Source: Catajapyx aquilonaris (Eukaryota). From it: DNA of 64,000 bases. The translations under genes and the position numbers were made by a program. The stretch spans positions 124,001 through 188,000 of the forward strand of contig KZ538006.1 in assembly GCA_000934665.2 (NCBI GenBank). Reading direction: 5' to 3'. The first letter of the stretch is position 1, and every line of letters starts with the position of its first letter. The notes below the pieces were generated by a model. It worked only from the letters and a program-made list of their open reading frames with translations, did not search any database and was not told the DNA's origin. Positions 51,801-64,000 of this stretch are shown piece by piece.

Positions 51801-54800
51801 TGATTCATGCTACAGGTAAATAAATCGTAAAAACTGTCTGGATTTCACGCCATAATAATTGGGCCTGTATGCTGCACGTTTGCCGAACCTGCAGAGAGTT
51901 GTCACATTCCAGTTGTTCTACATTCTTGAAAATTCTAGCTCCAAAATGCTGAGAAGGAAGAAAAACAGGCGGAGTCCAGCCGAGGGTGGGGACAAGAAAG
52001 AATTTCCCTTTTTTTCTTCCTCTTCTTCTCTACAGCAACACGGCTCGTCTTTCGGCAGCTCAGGCTACAGGCTCCACCAGATTGAAAGAGACCACAAAAT
52101 TCCGTGTCACACTCGAATTCGGGTTGCATCGACATGTTGCGTGTCGCCCGTCTTATCACGGCTCTCTTCCCATATACATTGCAGAGAAACAAGATTTCTC
52201 AAGCCGGTATTGCTGGGCTCGGATTGCTGAAGATCCCATGTAATAATGATGGCAGGATTATGCTTGCAACAGCCAATAATCAATGACATGTTCGCATTTT
52301 GATAACTGACGGAAAGGAGGCAGATAACATCGTAATTAGAGGATCCAAAATGTAATTGAATTTCATAATGCAGACATATTTTACTATCTCATGTGTATCA
52401 TTCTTCATTGGATTTTTGTGAATTAGGAATGAGGAGTTGACTCAGTTGCGTTCAGGTAATTTTGCATCACACGACTTCGGGTGTGCTATAGTTGCAAGGA
52501 CACTCGGCAGTATTTATCATAAAAATTGGTATTAAATGTTGACATTGGACAATCCTTCGCTGTGTTCGTGACACGTCTCAAGTGAAGCCGATGGCACCTT
52601 CTGATTACCTCCCAAGAATCTCTCTTTGCCGGTTAAACTCCCTAAAAATTTGCGACAGGCGATAATTAGTTTTTAGTCGCGCAAAATAGCTTCTCAACCA
52701 GATGAAGAGGCGAGGTTATGATCATATTCGATAGGTTCCATCGTGATCGAACACAACGGAATTTCTCTGCCCCCCTCCCCCCTCCCCTCTTCTCTATACC
52801 CCACCGTCCTTTCTTGTCGGTCGAATGAGCCTCGGGCTGTTGAGATCAGCCAGGCGTTTTGAAGGTGGAAAAAGCGTTCAGGGAGAAACTGGCGGTCCGT
52901 AAGAAGGAAAAGAGAGAGACCCCCTCAGCCCCAGAGGCGGTGAAAGGTAGGGGGGGGGGGGGAGATGGTTTGAGGTACGCTTTTCGACCAGGCATACTGG
53001 GATACTTGTTTTCCAACAGAACTGTGCGACATTCCACTTTGACCGTGCTATGTGTGAGGTCTCTGTACTCTAAATACCTCAGGTATGACGCATTATTTTG
53101 TCGACTGTACACAAAGTTCGGGGGAATAACTCAGGAAAATGATTCACTCGATATATTCCCCCTCTAAAATTGAGCGTAATGACAGCTTACATAATTTGAG
53201 CAAATCTACCGAATCACTTATGAAACGTTCATTATTTGGGTCTGGACAAACACAACTTCCTCCCCACAACGGAAATTGATTTACAATCAAGATATCGGTA
53301 TCAGAAACATGTCATTTTTACCAACAAAAAAATGTCCCTCTTGTACACACAAACGGGGAAAAACAAATCTTATACGAGTTGGCTCCACATGTGCGCAAAC
53401 CAACTTCATCTGCAACATTTAGTGATGCAATTGAATTGAGTGATCCAATTTTGCACTTGCTTGGTGGGATACCCCCGAAGAAGGAAATCCCTTTTGAGTG
53501 ACGTAATAATTCAGAATGTAAATTTCCGGTTAGTCAGTTGAGCGAACAAAAAAAAAAAAGGAAGAAGAGTGGCTGGCTTCTATTTGCGGCCACTGAATCA
53601 TGCAGAGCGACAATTGTTCCAAAGGGCCAAATGCTCTGGCTGTAGGTCAAGCACGTGTCCCCTTTGAACTAACCTTAAGAAATTGCAGTGCCGAATAGGA
53701 CTAGCCTGCCAATCAGTTTCCGGAGCATAGCGATTAAATTTATATAACTTTTTTTTTACGAGTGACCACCAGAATGCTTTATGAAGTGATATATATTGAT
53801 TCCAGACAAATGGCTGATAAGCGTAACAACTTCCGCTGTTCCTTACTTCAACTACAAGTTTTTTTGCTTCCGAACGTCCCATCTGGCGAATACAAAAGGT
53901 GCAATAAAACATCCGCATAATTTATAAGCCCACAGGTTATGGCTATCCTCCCCAAAAATCTGCACGCACATATTAATCGAAACTTGTAATAAAATTAGAG
54001 CAATCCCGCTCTAATTTTTCGTTCCTTCCGATGGCTTCCAAGAGTATCTCTGGGAAGTAATCCTTCCGGGGAGATATACCTGCAAAGGGTGTGGTTGTTG
54101 GTCCTCATCCAAATGGGGTCTACGGGATGAGGCTGTGCAGTGGGTATTGGGGGGAGGGGGGAAATGGAGAGTGAGGCCAAGACCTATTCGGCCCATTTTC
54201 CCCCGCGAAACTTTCACCCCACGTGCGCCCCTCTGCTCACTCAACAAGGACCACTTACGAATGAGAGAGGAGATGTGGATGGTGGGGACCATCGAAACAG
54301 GCATAAACTAAACGAGGGTCGGACCTATTGTTTCAAGAGGGACTTAAGCCACCGCTTTCCGCAGCTATACTGCTCATTTAGAAACAAGCACAAAAGGGTC
54401 TATTTAAATTGCTTCAAAAAATCGTATCGGGGCCTGCCTATTTACACTCTGTAACAGGTCAGCATAAAATGGGGGCGACATACTTCCTGACCCGATCGGA
54501 ACGAAGGACCCTTCCAGCACCTTGTCCCCAAAAGCCTGGCATTTCGCCCAAGACTCATTTCCCCTAGCTAGCCGAACAGTGCGGATAACGACAACCGAAT
54601 CTCTGAGCTAAATCGGGGTTGCGACGACAAAAGAGGGCGCGGGTGTCGCCTAGGGATGAGGGACTATGAGCAAGATGGAGAAGAGAGCAAGAGGATGAGA
54701 ATGGAGGGGACACCTCACCTTTACCACCCTAAAAAAGTGCCGAGAATTTCATCGGCGGAGATATTGAAGGGCCATGGGTTAGAAGGGGGGGTTGAACTAT

Positions 54801-55842
54801 CCAGGCTCATCTTAGCAGAAAGTATGAGATTGGACACTCCGGCTTGCTTTACGAGCGAATCGGAGAAAAGAGTTCCCAGTCGCGACACTACACCCTTTTA
54901 CACCTTCCCCCTTCGGTTATCCATTGTAGCCGAAGCCCACCTTTTGCAACGGCATTGAAGATTCGCACACATATCACCGCTAATGGCTTCAGCTCCNTTG
55001 GAGAGACGTTATATCGAATTTTTTTTGCAGTCGCCAACTGACATATGGAAGATGAAGTTATTTTCCCTTCTTAGATATTCAATTATTGCCAGGCATGTTA
55101 TCTGCCACTCAATAATTGAAAAGTTGCTTTATAACATCAAACCCTTACGATGAGAAGCGTTTTTTTTTTTCGGGCCGTCTTCTTTTGTATGCAAAGTGGC
55201 GCCAATACCACCCTGCAAAAAAAATGCTCAACAACCGCGCAACACTTGACAACCGTAAATTACTTCTCCTAGAATATGAAAATTCAAGTCGTAACAAGAG
55301 GTGCGTGACATCCCCGCATGTGCGTGTGTGCAATCTCCGCCGAGTTATATTCATAGGGTATTGACCGCCTGCAAGGTTGACCTCCACTTTTGGTCAGCAG
55401 TTAGTTAATTGCACCATCTCCGCTCTTACTAATTCCGCCGGAAAACGCTGCACATTTCCTAACCCCCCCTGTATCAATGCCATCCTATTATGCAGATGCG
55501 GCCGGAATTCCACACACACACAAAAAGAGTGACCTCCTGCCTTTGCCAAAATGCTACCTGCTACACACTACAAGCGGCAGCAACAACATTCCAGAACCCC
55601 AACTCGCAACAAGAGAAATCGCTTTAGGCCACACCTGGGCCAAGGTCTCTTGATTGAAGTGTGCCACCATCCTCCGGGGGTCTTTGGGGAAGTTCTTCCT
55701 TCCTCACGAAGATTTTATTCCAAATAATTATATGGCCAATGGCCATCGTGTTCCCCACCACGTCGAAAAAAGAATGCCCAGAAATAACGTGCTCACAATG
55801 CGGTATGGCATGCCCAGTCGAAAAAAATGTTTACAACCTACA

Positions 55843-56010
55843 GGGTTTTGGCTGCAAGGTTTAGGCCATGCCGCCCTCTCTCAGCAGGTCGAGTTCGATC
55901 CCTCCTGATCGGACATGTGATTTTCTCATGCGGAAAGTGCGTTGACGGGTTCTCTTAGTGTTCGCGTAGGTTTTCGTGGGATTTCCTGCCACCCACGTAA
56001 AGTCGGGGCT
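55843..56010 (+). mobile_element. Degenerate tRNA-SINE related to the element at 12286-12575
   Basis: B box GAGTTCGATCCC at about 55891, then GGGTTCTCT..GTGTTCGCGTAGGTTTTC..ATTTCCTGCCAC..AAAGTCGG, matching the core of the first copy; no clear TSD. Confidence 0.6.
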
Positions 56011-56624
56011 CCATGGCAGTTCCAACTTACACAATGACGAAAATCATACTATTAATTCCCTTATTCTCTTCCTCTGATTATATGTCCGCGTTGACCCATC
56101 GCCTATATATGTAGTAGTTGCTATAGTTTTCACATTCCCCGTTCAACCATATTATTAGAGGACATACAGCGGTCAGAGAGGGTGGGACCCACTTCAATGG
56201 AGGTTTACTTACTGGTTATAGCGCTTAGATGGGCTTTGTCCGCTCGGTGATTCATCACCAACGTGCACGTATGCTAGTAGCATCCTCTTTCCACCTGAGA
56301 GCAGCAGTAGTGTGCCTATGCGCCAACTGGTAGGGGCCTACATGCACTACTTCCAAGTGGAGGGGAGGAGGCAGTGTTGCCAAAATTTGGCAACGAGTCT
56401 GCTACTACAGTAGTCTGTTTGATAATTACAATACTTATGCATGTAAACATTTCCCCATCATGCATTTTCCTACAACAAAAAATGACATAGAGTGAACGAT
56501 GCATGTAAACGAGCTTGTATTTCCGGTCGTCCCCGCCCAGCTCTGGGGGCACAACAACGTCCAAATATGTTCATAACGGCTCTGGGTGTGTAACATGGTC
56601 CCCTCGCCATGCAATTTCATGCGA

Positions 56625-59600
56625 TTAATATCGCCAGTGGCCTGCACTATTTCGGGAAAAGTCGTCCAGGATCATGGCCCCTCGAAGCTTCACAGTCCTC
56701 CTGTTAGTCCACGAGGTGCGATCAGGCTGTGGAGGCGGCAGTGCTGGCAGTGGAGGAGGAGAAGACATCTTTCCCCTGATCCGGAAGCACTCGCCTGGCT
56801 CTGGACTGCCCACCGGAGAGTACCAGCTGTTCGGGGTGTTGCACGGAGTTGTCATGCCCTGCCTGGAGTCCTCTTCCGGGTACTCATACCGACGGGCCTT
56901 CAGTGCCGGTCGCCTGTACTTCGTCATACCCGCGCAGTTCTGACCTGTCTGGTTGGGGAAGTGGGACTCGTTGTGGCCTTTGAGATGGCGGCCCGCGTTG
57001 GGATTGTCCACCATGTCAAGATGGCGGCCGCAGAGGACCAGTCCCGTGGCCAGTAAAGACTTCCTTTTGTCGTCAGTGTGCGATTCACGCTCTTTCACTC
57101 CTTCTGTGGAGGGATCGAGTCGCACGGGACGGGCAGCTCTGGAATGTGGGATATGGAATGAGGACTATTGAGGAAGGAAATAGGTGACCCTATACATAGT
57201 AGATCGCGTCTCTTTTCTGGCTAGTAAATTATTCTGGGGACGGTGCAACCAGAATAATTGCTATCAACACTGAATATCAAATTGCAACTTGTTCTATAGA
57301 TTTACTGTGGATCACACCCCCACAGAATGTTTCATGATTGAGGCTATAAGGGAACACCACGTCTAGGCCTACACGTGTTGTCGGTGAGTGCGTTTCCTTC
57401 AGTGTGTAACTAATATTGCAATTTCTTACCTCCATTTTCTGAGGATAGCTCAAAAGAAGAAGAAAAAATAAGAAGGTAGCCTATATGCTGGATTGCCACG
57501 AATTCCTGGAAATCGCTAGAGGCTTTCAGAGGCCCTGCATATGACCGTGCTGCTTTTAGCTGAAACGTCATTCCCGACCACTTCTTCTCGTCTTCCGTCT
57601 TGGATTTGGTTTGTGTCGCACGGTACTACTATTCAGTAACATAAGTGAGGCAGCACAAAAAGGTTATCGCGCCAGCGTATATATGTACAAGGCATATCAT
57701 GTAACAATGACGCACTCTGGAAACGTGCAACATAGTGTATAGCCTTCCAATTCACATGGACACGGCACATGACACACGGAGCGACTTGGCATGAAGGGCT
57801 CTTTAATTTAAAAATAGGCGCATGCCAATCACTACTGTCGTTCTCGGCTACAGCCAATTAGCGTATGTGGGTTGAGTCTGAATAGGATCGCCCTGAATAT
57901 TGGCGCCTATTCCACAAAGGTAAATCAAGATTTTTTTCTTCTTCTGATATAGTCATTACTGATTATAGCCCTCCCTTCCTGTAGACCCAAGCTATTAGAG
58001 TCTACACTTTGAGAGCCGGCGGTGGTGTATGACTGTCACACCGCTTCTGCGGCGTGTGTGTGTGCCGCTGCTGTATACCAAGGACAGCCAGGAGCAAATG
58101 AGAAGGTCGATAGAACTTACCGTCCTTCGACCAATTTGGCGTTGACATCGTGGCCATCCAAAGGGCACGTAGCCGAGCGGTGAACGAGCCAGAAATCAAT
58201 GCATGTCGCGTGAAACATATGGTGACAATGCAGTCGCCTTGCCACTTCACCGACCTGGAGCGAATAAAGCCTTGTTTATAGCGCGGAACTCTCTCCAGAC
58301 AAAATGAGGATTAAAAGTCTCGCAACTCGAATTAGAAACTACCCAACTTATTCTGGAATACTATTTGCAATTTATTACTAAGATATTAAATGGCGCGTGA
58401 AGTCTCCTCTGGCTTCAAAATATTTTATTAAATGCATGGAACCGGCCACTTGCATCTAATATGCTAATCACCATACAGCTATTCATGCGTTTTGTTTACT
58501 GAATGAATGAATGAATGGGTTCCGGTTTCCAGCTGCATTATCCCTTTCAATTTCAACCCATAGCTTGAAGCAACGGGGGTCATCAAACAGAAGTAAATCA
58601 CGCGCCAGAAACACCTCAAGAAGAAGGTGCGAGAGAAAGAGAATGATAATAAAAAATTCACTTTTCCACCTTAGAAAAGGGTTCAACACAATAATAATCC
58701 TAATCTGGCCGTAATTTCCAATGCAACCCTTTTTCCCTTCCTTGACAGCCTCCCCCGAAGCAAAAGGGAAGCTTGGCCCCTCTTAATCTTAACGAGATAA
58801 TGCTCCTGCTATCAATATTATGTCAACAAACGTGTGGGCCCCGCCACCCGCAGCCTCCGAAAAGGCGCAAAAAAGGGAAACCGGGAGGGATCCTTCCCCC
58901 GCCAACCCCTCCTCCCCAACTACCCCGTCCCTCCCTCAAATAATATAAAGAAAAAAAAAGAAAGAAAAAGAAGAAGAAGAAGTGTACGAGCAGCTTATAT
59001 AGTGTCCTACTAGATGATAAAGGGAGAAGGAAACGAGCTCTGCGAGAGAAAGAATGGCTACAATGTTGCGCGGGACTTACCAGGAACGGACGGAAGCAGA
59101 AGGAGCATTGTTCTCCGTTGTCCAGCAGGCGGTGCTTGGACGTTACCACCACGGAGGGCAGTTGGTTCAGAAGTCGCTCGGGGAGGCTGGAAAAAAATGC
59201 AAATTAGCGAAATTCAACAATCATGAGTTGAACATTTTTGCTTCAGACAGCTAATTTGAACATACGCAAATGTGCAATTAATACCCAATGACATTAAAAC
59301 ACATAATTGGCGGCGTGTGTCTGTGTTAGATCCCCCCAAAAGTGGACTTGACTGATTTTGATCTCAGACCCATTAATTTTTGTAATTATACAAAATTGTG
59401 GCTGCTAGCACACTGTAAGGGATATACGACCAGACGAACGTTGTATTTTCGTACCATGCTGACGGTGTAAAAAAAAATGCAAATGACTGTACTTATAACA
59501 ATAGAAACGCTGGGTACACGTATGACGGTCATTGGACTTCAATGTGGTGTTATCCGGGAGGAAATCAATTACTTAGAACAGCAATTTCTATCTCCATCTT

Positions 59601-62401
59601 TCATGCTTTGTTGCCTTGCTATAGGCGGGGAAAAAAAGCCACGTTGATTCCAACGTGATACCATGCTCAAGGATCAACAAGTTTGCAGGAGTACAGGGTG
59701 GTCAGTAGCTCTCCCAGCATATTCGTTATTTTTCGTTAAATCTCGTCCCCTATTGTCCTTCGCAGTTTGCAAAGATTGATTTCAAGAGAGGCCTTGCACG
59801 CCTTTAAAACTCATTAGGAAAACAGTGCGTCAGCTCTAGCGGTTTTTCCCTGAAAGAGTGGAAAAAAACAACAAAAAAAACCCTCAATCGGTGGGTGGGT
59901 GAACCCCTCACGTTTTCTTGGAGATAATCCTGCTGGACTCGTCGAGGTGCATGAGCAGTTCGTAATCTCGTTCTCCCATTTCCCTCCTTTGAAGAGCCTC
60001 GACCACTGCCGGCGACAAAACGCTGCCAAACGAGCCGGGCGGCATCAGGCGCCATCTCTGACCAGGGAACTGAAATGTTGAAACAAGAAGTGAATGATTG
60101 TTCGCCCCAGCAACCAATAGCACAGCGGGGAAACAAACCCGTGAAAACAACAGACATCACTTGTATCGATTGCAAGAGTAAACAATAATTCAGTAGACAC
60201 TTGTCATTTGCCCCTTTTTAACATCAGACGTGTATATCAAACACAGCAAAAATATATTAGAAATAGCTAAATGTTATAACTTATTATTTGATTTATAGCG
60301 ATTTATAGGCTGTTGGTCCTACAGCACAGATGACAGAGTTGGGGGGGGGGCTCATTTTTACTGGATAATCCTATTCACGGCTAATAATCTGGGTCGTTGC
60401 TAGGTTAGCACGTGCTGATGGCCTCCATCTCTCCGAATCTGTTATAAAAATGTCCGTTTTGGGACCTCTCAAATTGTTAATTTCCGATTTCTGTCGAGGT
60501 GCAAAATGATTGATACATTTGGGCAGAAAAAATAAACTCGCATATTTTTTTTGAGTGGGGGGGTTCGACGCAGTTTCTTAGATCTGTCACACGATGTCAG
60601 CCGGATGAGAGGCTGCAACTTGAGCTTGGCTTAAGGAGAAGAAGAAAAAAAATGGGCGCAGAATTGACGCACAATCCAACACCTGAACTTTCCATTCAGT
60701 CCTGTGGGTCTTGGATGTCCTTCCAGAGGGATTGAGCGGATTTATATGAGGACAGAGAGGGGGGACGAAAATCCACAAGACCAAGTCCGTGTGCGCATTC
60801 ACGCCCCCCTTTTCCTGGGAACTGTCATATATTAGGGCCGTCCCCAATTTTTCATTCCTATGACATCGCCAACAATAACCCGGCACCAGCATGCAGGGTG
60901 AGTCCGACCTGCAGCTCACGGTACTGGATGACTGCAGTTGTGACTCTCATCCTGTGTATACATACGATACGGACTGTTGGTTCAGAGGATGTGCACATAT
61001 ACCTGTCTGAACTGAAAGTCGTGCCTCTGATGACTTCTCTGCACTACATCCAGCAAAATGCAGCTGGAGCAGAAGGTGGCCAGTGGGCACTGGTAGCACC
61101 GGTACAGGTTGCCAGTCACGGGTTTGATGTCGCAGTGGAAGCACGTGAAACCGTGGTGTATGATTCCTCCTGATGCGGAAGGGTTGCAGTGTCGAGATAT
61201 GCGGATCTCGTGCATCAGGTCCTGTCTGTTCGAGAACACACCCCTGCAATGGAATGAAAAGTGACATTAATATGATATCGCTGAATTATATTGTCATGTG
61301 AACTTCGGTACTGATGACCATAAATAACTGCAACTCACCTGCACAGAGGGCATAAGACGTTGGGCGTGCCTTTCTCCATCGGTTGATGCTCAACCCACAG
61401 TTTCATGCACGTGAGGTGCACGTTGTTGCCGCACCCGTACCGGCAGAAAGTCACTGGAAAAGAAGAAATGGACACAGAGCTCGAATAGCCGCGCGCTACC
61501 ATGGCCGTACCAGGGACCTTCTTCTTCTTCGCCAACTCCTCCTGGCATATCGGGCATATGTCCTCGTCGGATATGTCTCTCTGCGGCACCTTCATGGACT
61601 CCAGGAGACCTTCTCGAGGTATCTCTGAAGGGACGATTTGCTGAGGCCGCGTGTCGTAGACGCCCTGTAAAATGCCGTTTATCTCTCGGGGTAGGAGGCC
61701 CAACTGCAGAGAGACGATGAAGACAACGTCATATTAAATTAGTGTACCAGATCGGACATGTCCGAAGTGTATTGATCACTCTTGAAAATGCGCTAAGTTG
61801 ACACACATCTGCACATACATATCGGCACCTTGACCTCTATACACACAGTAATGCAATCATGCTTTCGGAAATTTACGTACATCTTAGTTAAATAAGTCGC
61901 AATAATTCAATTTTGAAATTGAAATGATTATTCTCCGGAATTTATCCTGAAAAGCAGACTGCCAGAAAAACAAGGCCCGTTGTGAGGGTTGCTATATGAA
62001 GAGTTAGGAAAAGCCATTCTCATTGGTCTTGAACATTTTGAGAATCATCTGCACACCTGCCAGTGAATCAACAATATTTTGCAAAAAAATAAAATGCCAA
62101 TAATGCAGTTCACCTGATAAGAGAGGGGGTCATGAGACATAATCCTGAACTTCCGCAGCAGGACCCAGCATATGTGCACGCAGAGGTCCTTCTCTCTGTA
62201 GTAGACCGGGCATGAGCACCGGTGTGGGTCTCCCAAGCGGACCTGGTAAATGAGGCGCCTGGCATCGTCCCTGATTCCGAACGCGGTGGGTCCTCCCTGC
62301 CTGACCAGGAAGAAAGGGACGCCCCCGTCGCTCAGTACCTTCTCCTGTCGCTTCTCCACTGACGGAGGGCACTTCTGACGCCAAGGTGAACTGCGGCTCA
62401 T
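56625..62401 (-). CDS. ZSWIM2: E3 ubiquitin ligase ZSWIM2/MEX-like (SWIM, RING, ZZ, RING-H2), about 582 aa, 8 coding exons
   Basis: Exons 62401-62114, 61703-61511, 61453-61339, 61243-61003, 60069-59912, 59186-59081, 58254-58121, 57138-56625; all GT-AG, phases compatible, total 1749 nt. SWIM CSC..LCVHICWVLL; RING CPICQEEL..VTFCRYGCGNNVHLTCM..CPLCR; ZZ CFHC..YRCYQC..CSSC; DYELLMHLD; RING-H2 CSFC..LHCHHMFHATCIDFWL..CPLDG. The last exon is the least certain. Confidence 0.9.
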
Positions 62402-62820
62402 GACTGCATCGAATTGAAAACCCAAAAAGGTGCAAGTGAATGTTCTGTTCTCTCGCACCAGCGGTTCATAATAGTTGATGTGGTGTTGCTAAGAAACAGT
62501 GGGGTTTTTTTCACTAATAAATTATTGCCTTTTCATTGATAGCCTACATCTTTGGCCTACAATCATGATGAAGGCAAGGACGACAAACTCGCGCCCAAAT
62601 CCATCCGCGCCGCCATCTTTTCGATCCCCCCTCCCGCCCCCTCCAATGCCGCCAACCGAGAATTTTGGCGCCCTTTTCCCTTCTGTTGCGTCTTGCAGGG
62701 TTGCCAACCCACATCCGCTGCCCTCATATGCTCTGTGGTGGTGCCCGCCTGGCAATAAGCACCGTCCTCCGGTCCTTCCCGTCGTTTGTTGTCCGTCTCT
62801 TCGTAGCCTCACCGTCGACC
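62402..62820. promoter_or_regulatory. Bidirectional promoter / 5'UTR region between ZSWIM2 and FEN1
   Basis: Divergent ATGs only 420 bp apart; CpG-rich; YY1-type motif CCGCCATCTT near 62610-62620. Confidence 0.65.
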
Positions 62821-64000
62821 ATGGGTATTCAGGGCTTGGCCAAGCTCATCGCGGACGAAGCACCGGCCGCCATCAAGGAGAGCGAGATCAAAAACTACTT
62901 CGGTTTGTTGTCCTTTTTTGTTGCAATGTGCACTTGGTCTGCACTGTTAAATAATATATCATTTGTGTCCATTGCAGGTCGTAAGGTTGCGGTGGATGCG
63001 TCTATGAGCCTGTACCAGTTCCTCATTGCGGTCAGATCGGAAGGAGCGCAACTGACCAACGCGGACGGGGAGACCACCAGGTATGAAAAAGTGGCAGGAG
63101 GATAAAACACTCATGCGATATCCACGCATTGTTTCATGAGGAAGATGCTCACTTGAAGGCTATTAATGCGTTGTTATTATTATATTTGGCGCTTGCTTCG
63201 CCGTATGATGTAGTGACACTCTTTTTTACTCGGTAGTCACCTGATGGGATTCTTCTATCGCACCATTCGAATGGTAGAGCATGGAATCAAGCCTTTGTAC
63301 GTCTTTGATGGGAAACCACCTCAGATGAAGTCGGGGGAATTGGCCAAACGTCAGGAGAGGCGTGTGGAGGCTCAGAAGGCACTCGAAAAGGCGGAAGAAG
63401 CAGGTATGGTATAGCTTCTAAAAGTCTAATTACCTGGTCCTCTGTCCAGTGCTTCTGATGATTATTTCGTTGCCCAACAACAATGATATTGTTACCTAGC
63501 TATGGAGAGAGAGGGGACGGTTGCCGTGGTTTGAACAATGTGCCAATTTGTATCATGTGACGTCATGTGCATTTAGGTGCGACTGATAATGGGAAGGTCA
63601 TCAGCGACTTACTCTCCGTTGCTATGTTTCAGGAAACATGCAAGATGTGGATAAATTCAGCCGCAGGTTGGTGAAAGTGACCCGTCAGCATGCAGATGAT
63701 GCAAAGAAGCTTCTTGACCTGATGGGGATTCCGTATGTTGAGGCGCCTTGTGAGGCAGAAGCACAATGTGCTGCCCTTGTCAAGGCAGGGCGTGTGTTTG
63801 CCACTGCCACGGAGGACATGGATGGACTCACATTTGGGTCCGATGTACTCCTGCGCCACATGACCTTCAGCGAGGCTCGAAAGATGCCCATACGCGAGTT
63901 CCACCTCTCGCGTGTCTTGGAGGGGCTTTCCCTTACTCATGAGGAGTTCGTGGATCTCTGTATCTTAATGGGCTGTGATTACTGTGACACCATCAAAGGG
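62821..64000 (+). CDS. FEN1: Flap endonuclease 1, 5' part (runs off the window)
   Basis: Exons 62821-62902, 62978-63080, 63237-63403, 63633->64000. [90 protein letters not shown]. Confidence 0.98.

Noticed and set aside
62665..62820. N-terminal extension of FEN1 in the ORF track
   Set aside because: Begins at a non-ATG codon; FEN1 proteins begin with the conserved MGI motif at 62821.
1..64000. CRISPR arrays, rRNA, prokaryotic operons or autonomous transposase/RT ORFs
   Set aside because: None seen; the sequence is intron-containing animal DNA with only non-autonomous elements.

Overview
Eukaryotic (spliceosomal-intron) animal DNA, most likely a pancrustacean arthropod because it carries a zelda orthologue. 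Left end, minus strand: three divergent cassettes, each encoding a signal peptide plus an N-terminal agrin (NtA) domain (264-774; 1942-2488; 9425-9650 + 10627-10818). All three end at an equivalent phase-1 splice donor, which looks like a clustered array of alternative first exons for an agrin-like gene whose constant exons would lie left of the window. This is the most interesting feature. Further right: a V-domain tRNA-SINE with TSDs, three Harbinger-type MITEs, a 3-exon CRT/DMT-like membrane protein gene (-), tRNA-Thr(CGT), a candidate myristoylated 60-aa microprotein exon, a single-exon 908-aa six-finger zelda (+), about 19 kb with no recognisable gene, an 8-exon ZSWIM2 (-) and, head-to-head with it, FEN1 (+, truncated by the window end). 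Family assignments come from motif recognition by eye; no database searches were run.
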